Source: Gammaproteobacteria bacterium (GTDB lineage Bacteria; Pseudomonadota; Gammaproteobacteria; PIWD01). Taken from it: a stretch of 60,873 nt of DNA. The position numbers and the translations under genes are program-made. Positions 50,238-60,409 of this stretch are shown here, piece by piece. How positions within the stretch are numbered: position 1 is the stretch's first letter; each line of letters starts with the position of its first letter. The stretch spans positions 1 to 60,873 of the forward strand of contig PIWD01000003.1 in the NCBI GenBank assembly GCA_003354005.1, written 5' to 3'. The notes beneath the pieces were generated by a model. That model was not told the DNA's origin. It ran no database searches and saw only the letters and a list, made by a program, of their open reading frames with translations.

Positions 50238-50801
50238 TTAAACCATTCCAATGGCAGTATTAAGATATTTTTTCTTTCTTAAATACCGTGCCTGTAGTAA
50301 AACATTTTCTGAAATTTTACTGGATGAGACCCCTGTAAAGGGCTCATTCTCAAACATCTTCAAAAGAGGGGTCACTTCAACAATAAATTTAACAGATTGC
50401 CCATTAGGACAGCTTGGTACATCTGGCGCATCACTTATATCTATTGCAGAACTAGCATTTGTTTCCAAATTATATCCTCGTTCAAAATCCTCCAATCTAT
50501 TGATTATGTGGCGTTTGATATTATCTTCATTATCTTCTTCACAACAAGTACCATTCTCTATTTCTTTCCACAACAAACAAACTGTATCCACTAGAAGTGT
50601 AACTTCAAAAGTTTTCATGAGAACACTTTTAATAATTTCATTATCTTTAACTTCTTCAGCAAATTTTAAAATATTTTCTTTTATTTTATCACAATCGTAG
50701 TTACTATATTTCACCTTCAAGCGTGAAAGACGCCCGAAGGACGAGCACTCATAGCGGTTAATTTTTAAGTCAGGGGATGTCGTGTGGTGAATAATATTCA
50801 C
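50238..50801 (-). CDS. hypothetical protein (187 aa), AT-rich orphan
   Basis: Long ORF in an AT-rich region. The antisense ORF is S/L-rich junk. No recognisable domain. Confidence 0.5.
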   Translation of the reverse strand: MNIIHHTTSPDLKINRYECSSFGRLSRLKVKYSNYDCDKIKENILKFAEEVKDNEIIKSVLMKTFEVTLLVDTVCLLWKEIENGTCCEEDNEDNIKRHIINRLEDFERGYNLETNASSAIDISDAPDVPSCPNGQSVKFIVEVTPLLKMFENEPFTGVSSSKISENVLLQARYLRKKKYLNTAIGMV

Positions 50802-51210
50802 TTATATCAAACATAAACGCAAAAATACAATAGATTTCTTTACAAATAAAATAACTCGAACCAACTGTAGGTATTCCTAAAGCTACTGCCCCTATCCGAA
50901 ATAAACGAGAATGTTCAAATATCCACATACGCATAACAGTCCACCAAACTTTATGCTGGGTTATTATCCTAACAAGAAAGCCGTCGATCCACCCACTGAT
51001 TATAGCTATACACAGACCAAAACAAAGCACTAAAAATGAAAGAATTGGCAATAAAACAAGATATTTTAAAGCACTTAAAATTCTGCCACGTAATAATTCT
51101 TCGAGCCATGTAAACATGCTAAGCACAACTGCTAATGCAATTGGTATAAGACCAAACAAAATAGCAAGGATCGATCCAAAAATTTTGTTAAATACCATAA
51201 TTAGCACCAA
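50770..51210 (-). CDS. hypothetical membrane protein (146 aa, about 4 TM)
   Basis: Hydrophobic segments FGSILAILFGLIPIALAVVL, LVLLPILSFLVLCFGLCIAII and IGAVALGIPTVG. It overlaps the next ORF by 32 nt. Confidence 0.5.
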   Translation of the reverse strand: MVLIMVFNKIFGSILAILFGLIPIALAVVLSMFTWLEELLRGRILSALKYLVLLPILSFLVLCFGLCIAIISGWIDGFLVRIITQHKVWWTVMRMWIFEHSRLFRIGAVALGIPTVGSSYFICKEIYCIFAFMFDISEYYSPHDIP

Positions 51211-51252
51211 GTTGTTACGCTGAGACTGGTTGTGTTGAAAAGTTTTATTGGT

Positions 51253-51552
51253 TCAAAGGATGCGTGTATTCTGTTCAAGCAAGGATTCCTGCTGGTTAGA
51301 TTGCGCTTGCTGAGTTTGAGAGGCAGGAGCAAAAAACTGTGGTGAGCCTATCCTTGGGATGTTGCTAGTAGCAAAAGCAGGCCTAAGTATTACTTGGGCA
51401 TTTCTACAACAGGAAGAGTCATCGTCTGGAAATATGTTATTGATATCTTTTTGCTCTTCTGGCTCTTTCACCATCGCTCCCCAAGCTAACAATTCATCTA
51501 CAAGAACTCTTGCCTCCTCCTCAGCTACAATAGATATTTTCTTATATGCCAC
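51253..51552 (-). CDS. hypothetical protein (99 aa), acidic N-terminal helix and Q-rich tail
   Basis: First ORF of the minus-strand orphan cluster. No recognisable domain. Confidence 0.45.
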   Translation of the reverse strand: MAYKKISIVAEEEARVLVDELLAWGAMVKEPEEQKDINNIFPDDDSSCCRNAQVILRPAFATSNIPRIGSPQFFAPASQTQQAQSNQQESLLEQNTRIL

Positions 51553-51678
51553 TCATTTTTGAACACAACCGATCACTAATCACTATCTGGTCTAATACGT
51601 GTGCAATATTAAAAGTAAATACGTATCATAGTACTATGTGCCGATCAATCTTAATTAACATAACTCAGAACTTTCATC

Positions 51679-52869
51679 ATGCCACGCTATGATAATAGAA
51701 AATTATTTCGTTATGATCCTTACTTAGGGATTACAATTATAAGCCTGTTACTCGTTGGATTGTTGATGGTGGCATCGGCCTCAATGGTGATATCGGATCA
51801 CCGTTTTCACCATCCGTTCCATTTTATTATGCGTCAGTGCAGTTATGCTATAACTGGTCTACTATTCGGTTGGATTATTACACGTATACCTTTGTACGTC
51901 TGGGAAAAGGCTTCTAAATTGATGCTATTAAGTGGCTTGCTACTTCTCTTGCTTGTATTGATCCCTGGCATTGGTCATTTGGTTAATGGTAGTCGACGTT
52001 GGTTATTTATTGGGTCTTTTGGTTTACAACCTTCGGAGTGGATGAAATTTTCTATGATCGTATATCTAGCAGATTTTTTAGTTCGTCATAACGATGAAGT
52101 GCGTAGGCGGATCTGGGGATTTTTAAAGCCTATGTCCTTACTGTGTATCGTAGCTATTTTATTATTGTTAGAGCCTGATTTTGGTACTACTGCTGTTTTA
52201 ACTATAGTCACGTTAGGGATGATGTTTTGGGCTGGTGTGCCCTGGCATCGTTTTCTTTTACTCTTGTTACTAGCAGGTTCTGCCTTGACAGCTTTAGTAA
52301 TTTCGTCACCATATCGTCTGACGCGCCTTACTAGTTTTTTACATCCATGGCAACATCCTTTTCATTCTGGTTATCAGTTAACCCAATCTTTAATCGCATT
52401 TGGTCGTGGTGGTGTGTGGGGGATGGGGCTAGGCAATGGTATTCAGAAATTATTTTATTTGCCAGAGGCACATACTGACTTCCTATTTGCAGTAATTGCT
52501 GAAGAATTTGGTTTGTTGGGTTCATTTGCTTTAGTAATAGGATTTAGCTTCCTCGTTGGTCGTGGGTTATATTGGGCTTGGCAAGCATCTAAATATGAAG
52601 AAGGATTTGCGGCATATGTTGCCTACGGTATTAGCTTGTGGTTTGCTTTACAGGCAGCCATTAATATAGGGGTTAATTTAGGGCTCTTGCCGACAAAAGG
52701 CTTGACCTTGCCACTTATAAGTTATGGTGGAAGTAGTTTATTGATAAGTTGTATTGCCATGGGGTTATTGCTGCGTGTTGGTCATGAAATGACTGTACTT
52801 AAACGTCAAAAACCTATTGCATCTAAAAATCGATCACCTAGAAGTGCTGTTAAAAGGAGAGTATATTGA
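51679..52869 (+). CDS. ftsW: peptidoglycan glycosyltransferase FtsW (SEDS family)
   Basis: 10-TM SEDS pattern: QPSEWMKF, PDFGT, LPEAHTDFLFAVIAEEFG and PLISYGGSS. Followed by murG. Confidence 0.9.
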   Translation: MPRYDNRKLFRYDPYLGITIISLLLVGLLMVASASMVISDHRFHHPFHFIMRQCSYAITGLLFGWIITRIPLYVWEKASKLMLLSGLLLLLLVLIPGIGHLVNGSRRWLFIGSFGLQPSEWMKFSMIVYLADFLVRHNDEVRRRIWGFLKPMSLLCIVAILLLLEPDFGTTAVLTIVTLGMMFWAGVPWHRFLLLLLLAGSALTALVISSPYRLTRLTSFLHPWQHPFHSGYQLTQSLIAFGRGGVWGMGLGNGIQKLFYLPEAHTDFLFAVIAEEFGLLGSFALVIGFSFLVGRGLYWAWQASKYEEGFAAYVAYGISLWFALQAAINIGVNLGLLPTKGLTLPLISYGGSSLLISCIAMGLLLRVGHEMTVLKRQKPIASKNRSPRSAVKRRVY

Positions 52870-53999
52870 AATTTTGCATACTAGCTGGTGTAACTGGTGG
52901 GCATATTATGCCAGCACTTGAATTAAGTCGAGTATTACGAGCACATGGACATGATATCCATTGGTTGGGAGCGAGTGGCGGGCAAGAAGTTGTTTTGGCA
53001 GAGCGTGCTGGTTTTCAGGTGCATGTTATCAAACTAAAACGCTTGCGTAGTACGGGTCGTTGGCATTGGTTATTTGTACCTTGGAGACTACTGTTTGCTT
53101 GTATAAAGGCTTGGCGTATACTGCGTCACTTGTCGGTAGATAGAGTAATTGGATTTGGTGGAATGCTTACAGCCCCAGGCGGTGTTGCTGCGTATTTGCT
53201 GAACAAACCACTTATTTTGCATGAACAGAATGCGGTGATTGGCCTGACCAACCGTTGTTTATCTTATTTTGCATCTGGCATCATTACTGCTTTTCCAAAA
53301 TCTGCTTATCACAATTCTAGGATACGTTCTCCCCTGCATTATTTAGGTTGCCCTATACGCCAAGCATTGATAGAAGTTGGTAAGAGGCGTAAAGAACAGG
53401 CTTATAGTGGTCATATGTCAACATCTTGTAAAAAGCAACCTGAAAAAGCTGGAACTGATCAATTTAGATTACTCATCTTAGGCGGAAGCTTGGGAGCACT
53501 TGCTTTAAACCGCTTCTTGCCAGAAGTCATACAAGCCTTACTTAAGGCTAATGTACCATTATTAGTGCACCATCAATGTGGTCAAAGGCATATTCTTACA
53601 CTCCAAACCCATTATAAACAACTTTCTCTGCCTGATGACGTGATAAACATCACACCCTTTATTGAAAGTATCGAAAAAGCTTATGCTTGGGCTGATCTTG
53701 TCATCGCTAGAGCTGGTGGCATGACCATAAGCGAATTGTCAGCAACAGCATCTGCCAGCATCTTGATACCCTATCCACACGCAGCAGATCAGCACCAACA
53801 TGCCAACGCAGATTACTACGTAGCCCAGCATGCAAGTATCATACAGACGGAAGCAACTTTACAAATTGAGCCATTTGCCAACTTATTAATGAATTTAATC
53901 AACAACACCAAAAAATTAATCGAGATGCGTCGTGCTGCGCATGCCTTAGCAAAGCCACGCGCCAGCGAGCAGATGCTAAAAATTCTACAGCAATTTTAA
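52866..53999 (+). CDS. murG: UDP-N-acetylglucosamine--N-acetylmuramyl-(pentapeptide) pyrophosphoryl-undecaprenol GlcNAc transferase
   Basis: AGVTGGHIMPALEL, LHEQNAV.G..N and ARAGGMTISEL motifs. TTG start overlapping the ftsW stop. Confidence 0.9.
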   Translation: MKFCILAGVTGGHIMPALELSRVLRAHGHDIHWLGASGGQEVVLAERAGFQVHVIKLKRLRSTGRWHWLFVPWRLLFACIKAWRILRHLSVDRVIGFGGMLTAPGGVAAYLLNKPLILHEQNAVIGLTNRCLSYFASGIITAFPKSAYHNSRIRSPLHYLGCPIRQALIEVGKRRKEQAYSGHMSTSCKKQPEKAGTDQFRLLILGGSLGALALNRFLPEVIQALLKANVPLLVHHQCGQRHILTLQTHYKQLSLPDDVINITPFIESIEKAYAWADLVIARAGGMTISELSATASASILIPYPHAADQHQHANADYYVAQHASIIQTEATLQIEPFANLLMNLINNTKKLIEMRRAAHALAKPRASEQMLKILQQF

Positions 54000-54097
54000 A
54001 CTTCTCAAAAGAATATACTGCTTTTGATGTGGCTAGCTCTTGTGCGTACCGTTTGAGCCAGACAATACTGCCCTTGCTAGTGAATGCAATGGCTGTC

Positions 54098-54173
54098 TGG
54101 TAGGCCGTGGGCGACTCGAACGCCCGACCAATGGATTAAAAGTCCACTGCTCTACCAACTGAGCTAACGGCCC
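54098..54173 (-). tRNA. tRNA-Lys (anticodon UUU), CCA encoded
   Basis: The reverse complement folds by hand as GGGCCGT TA GCTC AGTTGGTA GAGC A GTGGA CTTTTAA TCCAT TGGTC GGGCG TTCGAGT CGCCC ACGGCCT A CCA. It is 76 nt with a G1:U72 wobble. Confidence 0.95.
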
Positions 54174-54461
54174 TAAATAGAAAAAATACTTTGCACAACG
54201 GCTGCATTGGTCGATACATTGACCCAACTGTCAACAGCCTTGACCTGTTCTACGAGAGAACATGCCAAATGCTCGAGGGCACATAATACCAGAAAAAATA
54301 ACATGACGCAAACGCTAGCCTAGTGTATGTAGTTCGCAAATTAATTCACAAGCATAGTTAAAAATTAAGGAGACAATATCCACAAAATATGATTGTGAAC
54401 TGGCTTGGCTAACATGGTTCAGTATGCTACTATTGAGATCAAGCGAGACTGATTTCAAGTG

Positions 54462-54881
54462 ATGATCAATATCTACAAAAAAATTTACTGCCATGCTTCA
54501 AATAAGCAGCTCTGGAGCTATTTTGCAGTTTCTGGAACAGGTTTTTCAATAGACTTAGTACTATTTTTCTTTCTTACAAGTGCAAATGTTCACGTATTCA
54601 ACAGCAATATGATTAGTAGTTTTGTTGCCGTTAGCTTCATGTATATGCTATCGGTGCGCTACACCTTCACGCATGCTCGCTACTCATTCAAACGATTTGT
54701 GTTGTTTATCTGCTATTACGGCCTGTCTATTATTGTCTTTTCAACTCTTATTACATGGCTTGTCCTTCATCTTTTGATTGCACCCATGCTCGCCAAGGTA
54801 CTGGTTGTGCCACTCTCATTTCTTACGAATTATGTCTTTGCTTCCCGCATCATTTGTACAGGAAAGCGTTACAATTTTTGA
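54462..54881 (+). CDS. GtrA-family membrane protein
   Basis: About 139 aa, four TM segments, and an N-terminal F.VSG..GF.IDL pattern. Confidence 0.65.
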   Translation: MINIYKKIYCHASNKQLWSYFAVSGTGFSIDLVLFFFLTSANVHVFNSNMISSFVAVSFMYMLSVRYTFTHARYSFKRFVLFICYYGLSIIVFSTLITWLVLHLLIAPMLAKVLVVPLSFLTNYVFASRIICTGKRYNF

Positions 54882-55006
54882 TGAGCAAGATGAGCAATAT
54901 CAATTGAAAAAAACTTCACAAAACACGCGAAGCAATTGCAATGTTATATAAAATAAAGTAGCATGGTAAGCTATCTTTTATCCAAACAACTAGAAAGGTT
55001 TACATT

Positions 55007-55765
55007 ATGGTAGTTATTCGTCTAGCAAGGGCTGGTGCAAAGAAGCACCCTTTTTATCACATTGTCGTTGCAAATAAAAGCAGCCCTCGTGATGGCAATT
55101 TTATTGCTAAGTTAGGGTTTCACAATCCGGTCGCACGTGGCAAGGAGCAGATATTAGCCTTGGATCTCAAGGCAGTCGAACATTGGGTTAAACGTGGCGC
55201 ACAGCCTTCCAACAGTGTAAAAAAACTGATAAAACGTGCAAGAAAACTGGCTGCAAATGACAAAGATCAAGAGACTATGACAGCAGAAGAAGTTGTACAA
55301 GAAAAAGAAGGCCAATCAGCAAAAAAACCTAGTTCTCCGAAAAAAATCACAAGCAAAACTAAAGCCACAACCGAAAATAAAAAGGAAAAAGATATAGCTA
55401 ACGCTGAAAGTGCACCCAAAACAAAACCCGCCGAGAAAGTTAAGATATCTCAAACAGCCGAAGTAAGCAGCAAGCCAACTGGAATAGCTGCACCTGAAGA
55501 GGAAAAAGTGAGTAAAGTAGTCCCACCTAAAGCTACCTCTAAAATGGAAACAAAGGCAATCAAAAAACCAAGTGAGACGACTTCGCCTAAGGTTGCATCC
55601 AAAACAAAAACAAATAAAACATCTGCCAAAAAAGAACCCGTAGTGGAAAAAGATACGGCAGCAAAAATAACCAGGCCTAAGGCAAAACAGCACAAATCCA
55701 CAGTTAAGTCGGAATCAGTGACGGAAATAACAAAAGCTAAATCAAAAAAAAATAAGAAGACCTAG
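55007..55765 (+). CDS. rpsP: 30S ribosomal protein S16 with a roughly 170-aa Lys/Thr/Ala/Pro/Glu-rich C-terminal extension
   Basis: The N-terminal 80 aa [41 protein letters not shown]...[10 protein letters not shown] is canonical S16. The same ORF continues for 170 more codons. It is followed by rimM-trmD-rplS. Confidence 0.9.
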   Translation: MVVIRLARAGAKKHPFYHIVVANKSSPRDGNFIAKLGFHNPVARGKEQILALDLKAVEHWVKRGAQPSNSVKKLIKRARKLAANDKDQETMTAEEVVQEKEGQSAKKPSSPKKITSKTKATTENKKEKDIANAESAPKTKPAEKVKISQTAEVSSKPTGIAAPEEEKVSKVVPPKATSKMETKAIKKPSETTSPKVASKTKTNKTSAKKEPVVEKDTAAKITRPKAKQHKSTVKSESVTEITKAKSKKNKKT

Positions 55766-55797
55766 AAGATCGTTATAAATTTGATTGGTTAACACTA

Positions 55798-56337
55798 GTG
55801 TCAAATCATTCTCAATATATAGTTGTTGGTAGATTTGGTAGACCAAAAGGTTTGGCTGGCTTGTTGTATGTTGATTCTTATACTGACCCTCCGTCTAATT
55901 TATTTGACTATCAACCCTGGCAAGTGCGCGATCTTAAGAAAACAGGTGAGCAACTAAAAGCCTGTCACATAGTCAAAAAGAATTTAACAGGAAATCGAGC
56001 ACTTGTGAGCATAGACGGCTGCCAGACGTGTGAGCAAGCACAGTTTTACACTAATAAGTCAATTCATGTACATCGCTCTCAACTTCCAGAACCACCACCT
56101 GGTTCTTATTACTATGCTGATCTTGAAGGATTCACAGTATATAACCAGAACAGCAAACAATTAGGTATCGTTGACCATATATTTAGCAATGGTGCACAAG
56201 ATATTATTGCTATCGCCTCACCAACACATCGTAAAAAATTTCTACTTATTCCTTTCCTAAAACAAAGTATTGTTCAAATAGATGCCATACAGAAAAAAAT
56301 CTTAGTTGACTGGCATACTGATGATGCATCCACCTAA
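55798..56337 (+). CDS. rimM: 16S rRNA processing protein RimM
   Basis: IVVGRFGRPKGLAGLL, a PRC-barrel C-terminus, and conserved operon position. GTG start. Confidence 0.9.
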   Translation: MSNHSQYIVVGRFGRPKGLAGLLYVDSYTDPPSNLFDYQPWQVRDLKKTGEQLKACHIVKKNLTGNRALVSIDGCQTCEQAQFYTNKSIHVHRSQLPEPPPGSYYYADLEGFTVYNQNSKQLGIVDHIFSNGAQDIIAIASPTHRKKFLLIPFLKQSIVQIDAIQKKILVDWHTDDAST

Positions 56338-56344
56338 GTCATGC

Positions 56345-57100
56345 ATGATGCGTATTGATATTATTACTCTATTTCCAAGTATGTTTTCAGCCATTGACAA
56401 AGGGGTTATTGGACGCGCTATCCAGCGTGGACAATTAAACATCCATCTATGGAATCCACGTGATTACACACACAACAAACATCGTAGCGTCGATAAACGC
56501 CCTTATGGTGGTGGTCCCGGAATGGTTATGTGTGCACAACCGCTTAAGCTGGCAATTGATGCAACAAAAAATGCTAGTGAGGTGCCTTCACCTGTGATAC
56601 ATCTCTCACCTCAAGGGCACCTATTAACACAGGCTGCCTTGCAACGTTTTTCAAAACAAGAGCGTTTAATTTTACTTGCTGGTCGCTATGAGGGCGTTGA
56701 TCAGCGTTTAATCGATTATGCTGTCGATGAGCAATGGTCACTTGGTGATTATGTGCTTAGTGGTGGAGAGCTACCAGCTATGGTAATAATTGATGGCATA
56801 ACACGGTTGTTGCCTGGTGCACTTCATAACCCTGATTCAATAAGGCAAGATTCGTTTAGTAACGGGTTGCTGGATTGCCCGCACTATACAAGGCCTGAAA
56901 AATTTAGTAATATGACCGTTCCCACAGTGTTAAAAAGTGGGAATCATGACGCAATCGCGCGCTGGAGACTTAAACAGTCGCTTGGGCAGACCTGGTTAAA
57001 GCGGTTCGATCTATTAGCCAAACGTCCACTAAGCAGAGAAGAACAGCAATTGCTTGATGAATTTATAATTGAATATAGAAATGAGGCAGACAAGCTATGA
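56345..57100 (+). CDS. trmD: tRNA (guanine37-N1)-methyltransferase
   Basis: [36 protein letters not shown] and [14 protein letters not shown] motifs. Confidence 0.95.
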   Translation: MMRIDIITLFPSMFSAIDKGVIGRAIQRGQLNIHLWNPRDYTHNKHRSVDKRPYGGGPGMVMCAQPLKLAIDATKNASEVPSPVIHLSPQGHLLTQAALQRFSKQERLILLAGRYEGVDQRLIDYAVDEQWSLGDYVLSGGELPAMVIIDGITRLLPGALHNPDSIRQDSFSNGLLDCPHYTRPEKFSNMTVPTVLKSGNHDAIARWRLKQSLGQTWLKRFDLLAKRPLSREEQQLLDEFIIEYRNEADKL

Positions 57101-57459
57101 TGCAAGTTATTGAACAAATAAATGCCGAGCAAATTGCTGGGCAAGTTAAAGAACGGTCAATTCCTAATTTTTACCCTGGCGATACAATTGTCGTAAAGAG
57201 GCGTATCAAAGAAGGTGTACGGGAACGTTTACAGGCATTTGAAGGAGTCGTAATTGCCCGAAACCGTGGAACACAATTTAATGCGACATTTACCGTACGT
57301 AAAACAGCATATGGTGTAAGTGTAGAATATACGCTACCACTTTATAGCCCACTTACTGAAAGTATCACCGTTAAGCGACGTGGGAAAGTAAGGCGAAGCA
57401 AATTATTTTATTTACGTGCCTTAAGTGGACGGAAAGCACGTATTGCCGAAAAAATTTAG
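57097..57459 (+). CDS. rplS: 50S ribosomal protein L19
   Basis: [36 protein letters not shown]... and conserved operon position. Confidence 0.95.
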   Translation: MMQVIEQINAEQIAGQVKERSIPNFYPGDTIVVKRRIKEGVRERLQAFEGVVIARNRGTQFNATFTVRKTAYGVSVEYTLPLYSPLTESITVKRRGKVRRSKLFYLRALSGRKARIAEKI

Positions 57460-57481
57460 TTAACTCACTCGCTACCCTATT

Positions 57482-58630
57482 ATGCACTTTAAGAACCTTC
57501 CATCTGAACAGTGCCCTAAAGTCTACTTGGTTGGCGGTGCTGTGCGCGATAAACAGTGCGGACAACCTGTTGCTGAACGAGATTGGGTTGTGGTCAATGC
57601 AACTCCACAAATTATGCTGGATGCTGGTTTTAAAACTATTGGCAAGGATTTTCCTGTTTTCCTGCATCCAGAAACAAAAGAAGAATATGCTTTAGCACGT
57701 ACTGAACGAAAAACTGGGCGTGGGCATACAGGTTTTACTTGTAAAACAAATCCTAATGTAACATTAGAAGACGACCTTAGGCGACGTGACCTCACAATAA
57801 ATGCTATGGCAGAAACCTTGTCAGGGAAACTAATTGACCCCTACGGTGGTCTGGATGATCTGAGACAAGGAATACTACGCCATGTGTCACCTGCTTTCAC
57901 AGAAGACCCATTACGAATTTTGCGAACAGCTCGCTTTGCTGCAATGTTACATAAATTCCAAGTACATCCCCATACATGCCAATTAATGAAAAATATGGTT
58001 GCTCATGGTGAATTAAGTGATATAGCAACTGAACGGGTGATAACTGAATTAACAAAAGCCTTGCGCCACCCAAATTACCATCGTTTTTTTCAGGTGCTTG
58101 AAGATTGCCAAGCATTGGCATATTTATTTCCAAAACTTACTCTCAACTCAACCATACGTAAAGCCCTACAACCCATCAACCTGCTAATCAAAAAATACCA
58201 CCCCAAAGAACAAAGCATACTTCGCTTTTCAGTTATTTTTCATACATTAATAGACGAGCAGCGTAAAAAACTCTATCAACATTATTCTATTTCTCAAACT
58301 AATCGTGCCCTCACTGAACTTTTGGTGAAATATAAGCATAAACTTGCGTCCCTGCTCGATCTATCGGCTGGTAAACAGCTAGAACTGCTCTACGATACAG
58401 ATGCATTAAGACGTCCAGAGCGATTTACCCAACTGATCACACTCGTACAAGGCTTAGAATCTACCGCCCCCTCTTCTCTACAATACGAATCAAATAAATT
58501 AATCCAACTCGTACAAAAAGTTGATAAAACCCAACTGATTAATAAACAACTAACAGGAAAAGCATTCAAAAAAGCACTGATCAAACTGCAACAGCAAGCA
58601 CTTGAAGACCTCTATTCTGGGGAAATATAA
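57482..58630 (+). CDS. cca: CCA-adding tRNA nucleotidyltransferase
   Basis: [18 protein letters not shown] and [10 protein letters not shown] motifs. 382 aa. Confidence 0.85.
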   Translation: MHFKNLPSEQCPKVYLVGGAVRDKQCGQPVAERDWVVVNATPQIMLDAGFKTIGKDFPVFLHPETKEEYALARTERKTGRGHTGFTCKTNPNVTLEDDLRRRDLTINAMAETLSGKLIDPYGGLDDLRQGILRHVSPAFTEDPLRILRTARFAAMLHKFQVHPHTCQLMKNMVAHGELSDIATERVITELTKALRHPNYHRFFQVLEDCQALAYLFPKLTLNSTIRKALQPINLLIKKYHPKEQSILRFSVIFHTLIDEQRKKLYQHYSISQTNRALTELLVKYKHKLASLLDLSAGKQLELLYDTDALRRPERFTQLITLVQGLESTAPSSLQYESNKLIQLVQKVDKTQLINKQLTGKAFKKALIKLQQQALEDLYSGEI

Positions 58631-58680
58631 TGATACTTTCTATGAAATGCTATAGTCCCATTTGAGAAATAGATAAAGTA

Positions 58681-58726
58681 ACTTTTTATCAAGCTCGCCG
58701 TAAGACCTGCTCATTTAGGTGGAGGA
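58681..58726 (-). repeat. dispersed repeat family R2, partial copy D (tail module)
   Basis: ctttttatcaagctcgccgtaagacctgctcatttaggtggagga is the reverse complement of the A2 tail at 3169-3214, with a few mismatches. Confidence 0.7.
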
Positions 58727-58728
58727 TA

Positions 58729-59775
58729 TCAAGTTTCAAGTGTAACTATCTTCCAGTGTAGAGATTGCCCTGCCATCAATGGCACAACATGGCCTTTCCC
58801 ATAATCAAGTCGTTCTGGTATCTGTTGGTTTTTTTTGACTAATGTTATCTTTGTCTTATTCTCTGGTAGCTGATAAAATGCTGCTCCAAATTTACTAGCA
58901 AACCCCTGGAGCTTATCTAATGCGTTGACTTGTTCAAATACGGTTACATAGAGTTCTATTGCCACATTCATGTTATAAATACCAGCACAACCACATGATG
59001 TTTCTTTTTTGGCTTGATCATGGGGAGCACTGTCGGTTCCTAGGAAAAATTTAGGATTGCCAGAAGTGGCTGCTTTGATCAGTGCGTGTTGATCTTCCTT
59101 ACGTTTTAAAATGGGTAAACAGTAATAGTGTGGGCGAATACCGTTGGCCAACAAATGATTGCGATTGTAAAGTAAATGATGTGGTGTAATTGTCGCAGCA
59201 ATTGTTTTAGGGGCTTGCTGGACAAACTGTACAGCAACCTTTGTTGAAATATGTTCTAGCACAATACGTAATTTGGGAAATTGCTTAATTAAATTCAGCA
59301 AATAATGTTTGATGAAATATGCCTCACGATCAAAAATATCGACATAACCTTCTGCTGTTTCGCCATGAATAAGCAGTGGTATATCGTACGTCTGCATGGC
59401 TTCAAAAACTGGATATAGTGTCGTTAAATCCTTAACACCATATCCAGCATTTGTCGTTGCGCCAACAAAGTATAGTTTACAGGCATGGACACAGACACTG
59501 TTTAGAATGTCAGCAATATTTGTAACAGTTGTCTGCTCCGTCAAATAAAGTGCAATTAAAGGGGAAAAATCAAGGCACTCTTTTGGCACCCATTTTTTAA
59601 TGCGTTGGTAGTATCGCTCTGCCTGTGCTACGTTGCAAATCGGAGGTGTTAAATTAGGCATTGCCATTACACGTGAAAACTGACGTGCAGCATCAGGTAC
59701 AGTCCGTTCTAGTATTGCCTCATCACGCAAGTGCACATGCCAATCATCAGGTTTAATAATGGTTAATTCATCCAT
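58729..59775 (-). CDS. pyrC: dihydroorotase (class II, homodimeric type)
   Basis: MDELTIIKPDDWHVHLRD, GTDSAPH and a length of about 348 aa. The track ORF extends to 59832. Confidence 0.9.
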   Translation of the reverse strand: MDELTIIKPDDWHVHLRDEAILERTVPDAARQFSRVMAMPNLTPPICNVAQAERYYQRIKKWVPKECLDFSPLIALYLTEQTTVTNIADILNSVCVHACKLYFVGATTNAGYGVKDLTTLYPVFEAMQTYDIPLLIHGETAEGYVDIFDREAYFIKHYLLNLIKQFPKLRIVLEHISTKVAVQFVQQAPKTIAATITPHHLLYNRNHLLANGIRPHYYCLPILKRKEDQHALIKAATSGNPKFFLGTDSAPHDQAKKETSCGCAGIYNMNVAIELYVTVFEQVNALDKLQGFASKFGAAFYQLPENKTKITLVKKNQQIPERLDYGKGHVVPLMAGQSLHWKIVTLET

Positions 59776-59803
59776 ATCCAGCCCAGGCAAATATAGCGCA
59801 CTA

Positions 59804-60409
59804 CTAAGCCATTTCAAACTGATGGGCAACAAACGCCCAATTGACTAAACTCCAAAAATTACTGATATACTTTGACCTGTCATTTTTTGTATCTAAGTAG
59901 TAAGCATGCTCCCAGACATCACAGGTTAGTAGAGGAGTATGTCCAGCACTCATTGGATTGGCAGCATTGCTTGTGCTAAGAACTTCCAATTTACCATTCT
60001 TATTTTTTATAAGCCAGACCCAACCTGAGCCAAACGTGCTCATTGCTTTTTGAGAAAATTGATCTTTAAATGCTTCAAATGAGCCAAATATTTCGATAAT
60101 TGCATCAGCAAGCTTGCCACTTGGTTCGTTGGCATCTTCATTACTAGGAGGTGTTAAGCATTCCCAATAAAAGCTATGATTCCAAACTTGAGCCGCATTA
60201 TTAAAAATAGCCCCGCCGACTTCGGCATATTGCCGAATAATATCTGTCAGTTTTTTTTCTTTGAGTGAGTCGTCTTTTGCAACTAAGTTGTTTAAATTAT
60301 TAACGTAAGCTCGGTGATGCTTGCCGTAGTGATATTCAATCGTCTTTTCTGAAATAAAAGGTTCAAGTGTATGCTTGGCATAGGGTAGCTTTAGTAATTC
60401 AAATGACAT
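59804..60409 (-). CDS. sodB: superoxide dismutase [Fe]
   Basis: MSFELLKLPYAKHTLEPFISEKTIEYHYGKHH...AAQVWNHSFYW...DVWEHAYYLD parallels E. coli SodB. Confidence 0.95.
   Translation of the reverse strand: MSFELLKLPYAKHTLEPFISEKTIEYHYGKHHRAYVNNLNNLVAKDDSLKEKKLTDIIRQYAEVGGAIFNNAAQVWNHSFYWECLTPPSNEDANEPSGKLADAIIEIFGSFEAFKDQFSQKAMSTFGSGWVWLIKNKNGKLEVLSTSNAANPMSAGHTPLLTCDVWEHAYYLDTKNDRSKYISNFWSLVNWAFVAHQFEMA

Noticed and set aside
50251-50700. 149-aa plus-strand ORF in the AT-rich islet
   Set aside because: It is an S/L-rich antisense shadow of the 187-aa minus-strand ORF. The minus-strand set forms a coherent head-to-tail operon.
51600-51640. PmrA-type regulatory site (TTAATATT direct repeat) upstream of the orphan operon
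   Set aside because: Only a single half-site (aatattaa on the plus strand) is present. The position 11 nt away matches only 3 of 8 bases.
54033-54227. 64-aa ORF on the minus strand
   Set aside because: It is composed largely of the tRNA-Lys gene sequence (54098-54173), so it is an artefact of ORF calling.
55316-55701. Two antisense ORFs (125 aa and 83 aa) inside rpsP
   Set aside because: They mirror the low-complexity lysine-rich tail of S16, giving F/C/L-rich junk. The sense strand has clear S16 homology and operon context.
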